DNA from: Hyphomicrobiales bacterium
Lineage (GTDB): Bacteria; Pseudomonadota; Alphaproteobacteria; Rhizobiales; JAJFHB01
Assembly: GCA_021775615.1 (NCBI GenBank)
Contig: JAJFHL010000333.1
Span: 1-24,457, forward strand
Direction: 5' to 3'
Length of the DNA: 24,457 bases
Below are positions 22,102 to 24,457 of the stretch, one piece after another. Made by a program: the position numbers and the translations under genes. The first letter of the stretch is position 1, and every line of letters begins with the position of its first letter. The notes beneath the pieces were generated by a model. It was not told the origin of the DNA, ran no database searches, and saw nothing but the letters and a program-made list of their open reading frames with translations.

Positions 22102-24457
22102 CTATGCAAAGACCGAGTCGAGTAGTTGGCGTTGCTGGCGTTCATATTTCCCCTTAAACCCCGGTGCAGGCGACGGATTTGCAGGCCGTGCGACGCATGT
22201 CACTTTTTTCCGCTTGCGCCCGAGATCTTCCAGCAGCGCTTCGACGCGTGGAGCGACAAAACTCCAGGCTCCCATGTTCGCAGGTTCTTCCTGGCACCAA
22301 ACCACCTCGGCTTTGGGATGCGCCTGCAATACCTCGCGCACAGCCTGCTCCGGGAATGGATAGAGTTCTTCAAGACGCACCAGCGCGATGTCGTGCCGGT
22401 CGCGCTCACGGCGGGCCGTGTCGAGTTCGTAATAGACACGGCCGGAACACAGGACGACGCGGCACGCGCCCACATCCTTGCGGGCGTCCGCGATGACCGG
22501 CTCGAAACGGGTGCCCCGGCCCATTTCGCGCAGGGCGGACATTGTCTGTTTGTGCCGCAAATGGAGCTTCGGGGTCATGGCGATCAGGGGCTTGCGAAAA
22601 TCCCGGCGCATTTGCCGCCTGAGCGCGTGAAAGTGATTGGCCGGCGTCGTGCAGTTGACCACATGCATGTTGCCCTTGGCGCACAGTTGCAGGAACCGCT
22701 CGAGCCTGGCGGATGAATGCTCCGGCCCACCACCCTCAAGCCCGTGCGGCAACAGGAGAACAAGGCCAGAAGACCTCAGCCACTTTTCCTCGCCCGACGC
22801 GATGTACTGGTCGATGAAGACCTGGGCGACGTTGGCGAAGTCGCCGAACTGAGCCTCCCAGACCACCAGCGTTTTCGGGTCGGCAACGCTGAAGCCATAT
22901 TCAAACGCCAGGACCGCTTCTTCCGACAGCGGGCTGTCGTGAACCTCCATGCGGGCCTGGCCTTCCGCCACATGGTTGAGCGGCACATGAGACGCCTCGG
23001 ACACCTCATCCACAAGCACCCCGTGGCGCTGCGAGAAAGTGCCCCGCCGGGTGTCTTCCCCGGTCAGGCGAACCGGCACGCCCTCGGCCAGAAGGCTTGC
23101 GAAGGCGAGCGACTCCGCAGCCGCCCAGCCGACCTGCGCTCCCAGAGCAATCGTTTCGGCGCGTGCCTCGAGCTGCTTTTTCAATCGGGCATTGAGAGTG
23201 AGGTCCTCGGGCCATCGTGCCTGCGCCGCGCCCAGACGCTTCAGCGTTGACACCGCAACACCGGTGGCGGGTTGGGCCGTGACGGTCTCCAGATCGCGAT
23301 GACGCAACCCGGTCCAGTGCCGTTCGAATCGCCCCGGCTTGTTGGGTCTGTAGGTGCCCGCGGCTCCGAAGGCTTCGTCGTATGACGCCCAATGGACGGC
23401 GCGGCGCTCATCGCTCCAGTCTTCCGGCACGGCGCCTTCCGCCTCAAGCCGGCCGCGATAAAGCTCCACCACGGTCGGCAGTCCGTCGATCCGCGCATAC
23501 ATTTTCGGTTGGGTGTAACGCGGCTCGTCGAGTTCGTTATGCCCCTGGCGCCGGTAGCACACGAGATCGATGATGATGTCGCGGTGGAAGCGCTGCCAGA
23601 AGGCGCAGGCAATGGTGGCGGCCCGGAAGGCGGCTTCCGGATCATCGCCATTGACCCTCAGCACGGGCGTCTGAACAATCTTGCCCATATCCGAGCAGTA
23701 GCGCGATGTGCGCGCGTCCTGCTGCCGTGTGGTGAACCCGACCTGATTGTTGGCGATCACGTGAATGCTGCCGCCGGTCGAATAACCTTGAAGGCCGCTC
23801 AGTTGAAAGCTCTCCGCCACGACCCCCTGCCCCGCAAAGCCCGCATCGGTGTGCATCATGAGGCCGAGAACCCTCGCCGCACGCCCCTTGCCCGCCATGG
23901 TCTGGCGTGCCCGCGCCTTGCCGAGCGACACCGGGATCACGGTTTCCACATGCGAGGGATGGCTTGCCATGGAGATGTGGATGTTGCGCCCGTCCACCTG
24001 GCGATCCGCCGAATAGCCCATGTGAAACGGCACATCGCCGGCGATATCGAGATCCGCCGGATACCAGGGCGTGCCCTGGAATTCCGAAAAGATCGCCGGC
24101 AGCGGCTTTTGCATGAAGAGCGCCATGAAAGTGGTGCGCCCGCGATGCATCGGCCCGAGCACGATCTCTTCGACGCCGCAACCGCCGGCGCATTCAAGCA
24201 GGCGTTCGCATAGCGGGATCTGCGCTTCCGAACCTTCCAGACCATAGCGTTTGATGGTCGGCAGCTTGGTCTGCATGAAGTGCTCGAAAGTTTCTGCGGC
24301 GATGAGTTGATCGAGAATACGCGCCTTCTGACCAGCGTCGGGTGCACCGAACCCGGTTTCCATGGCCGACGCCATCCAGTTGCGCGGCTCCGCATCATCC
24401 AGATGCACGAATTCCGCCGACAACGTTCCACAATAGGCAGCATCAAGCTCTGCCGAG
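22102..24457 (-). CDS. sucA: 2-oxoglutarate dehydrogenase E1 component; the N-terminal ~140 aa lie beyond the window end
   Basis: Collinear with SucA from …YCGTLSAEFVHLDDAEPRNWM… through the ThDP-binding region to the C-terminus (…VVWCQEEPANMGAWSFV…). The open frame continues to position 24457. Stop TAG at 22102-22104. Confidence 0.9.
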   Translation of the reverse strand, partial: SAELDAAYCGTLSAEFVHLDDAEPRNWMASAMETGFGAPDAGQKARILDQLIAAETFEHFMQTKLPTIKRYGLEGSEAQIPLCERLLECAGGCGVEEIVLGPMHRGRTTFMALFMQKPLPAIFSEFQGTPWYPADLDIAGDVPFHMGYSADRQVDGRNIHISMASHPSHVETVIPVSLGKARARQTMAGKGRAARVLGLMMHTDAGFAGQGVVAESFQLSGLQGYSTGGSIHVIANNQVGFTTRQQDARTSRYCSDMGKIVQTPVLRVNGDDPEAAFRAATIACAFWQRFHRDIIIDLVCYRRQGHNELDEPRYTQPKMYARIDGLPTVVELYRGRLEAEGAVPEDWSDERRAVHWASYDEAFGAAGTYRPNKPGRFERHWTGLRHRDLETVTAQPATGVAVSTLKRLGAAQARWPEDLTLNARLKKQLEARAETIALGAQVGWAAAESLAFASLLAEGVPVRLTGEDTRRGTFSQRHGVLVDEVSEASHVPLNHVAEGQARMEVHDSPLSEEAVLAFEYGFSVADPKTLVVWEAQFGDFANVAQVFIDQYIASGEEKWLRSSGLVLLLPHGLEGGGPEHSSARLERFLQLCAKGNMHVVNCTTPANHFHALRRQMRRDFRKPLIAMTPKLHLRHKQTMSALREMGRGTRFEPVIADARKDVGACRVVLCSGRVYYELDTARRERDRHDIALVRLEELYPFPEQAVREVLQAHPKAEVVWCQEEPANMGAWSFVAPRVEALLEDLGRKRKKVTCVARPANPSPAPGFKGKYERQQRQLLDSVFA

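Noticed and set aside
22126-24213. Multiple + strand ORFs (196, 177, 273 aa and others) and off-frame minus ORFs within sucA
   Set aside because: sucA is collinear with E1 enzymes to its C-terminus. The others are GC-skewed shadow frames.
1-24457. CRISPR arrays, transposases, integrases, toxin-antitoxin pairs
   Set aside because: No direct-repeat/spacer periodicity and no ORF with transposase, integrase or toxin-like features was seen. The only mobile-like signals are the non-coding inverted-repeat elements reported above.

Overview
High-GC (~62%) chromosomal segment that looks like an alphaproteobacterium (Rhizobiales-like), mixing core and accessory genes. Gene order: 3' end of a hydantoinase B/oxoprolinase gene; a BA14K/glycine-zipper secreted protein; an amino-acid-synthesis family protein; a secreted hypothetical protein; an SPFH/band-7 protein; two tandem, non-canonical tRNA-like genes; a YdcZ-type DMT transporter; a GFA family enzyme; an aromatic-L-amino-acid decarboxylase; an SH3b secreted protein; a GST; a sahR-metF-class V aminotransferase operon; mlaA plus two Tat-signal MlaC-like paralogs; ettA; a DehI-family protein; a SAM methyltransferase; a rhodanese; a PhyH-like oxygenase; a low-GC TIGR02594-like membrane protein; and a partial sucA (E1 of 2-oxoglutarate dehydrogenase) running off the window end. 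No CRISPR array, transposase or integrase is visible. Non-genic signals that stand out are a paired palindromic REP-like unit, a 234-bp element with perfect 23-bp terminal inverted repeats, a ~450-bp AT-richer convergent intergenic region with two + strand intrinsic terminators (candidate sRNA locus), and the aberrant tandem tRNA-like pair. ORF start coordinates were revised where ribosome-binding sites or homology support it; the ORF track reports TTG/GTG starts as M. All family assignments come from reading motifs by eye and need HMM or BLAST confirmation.
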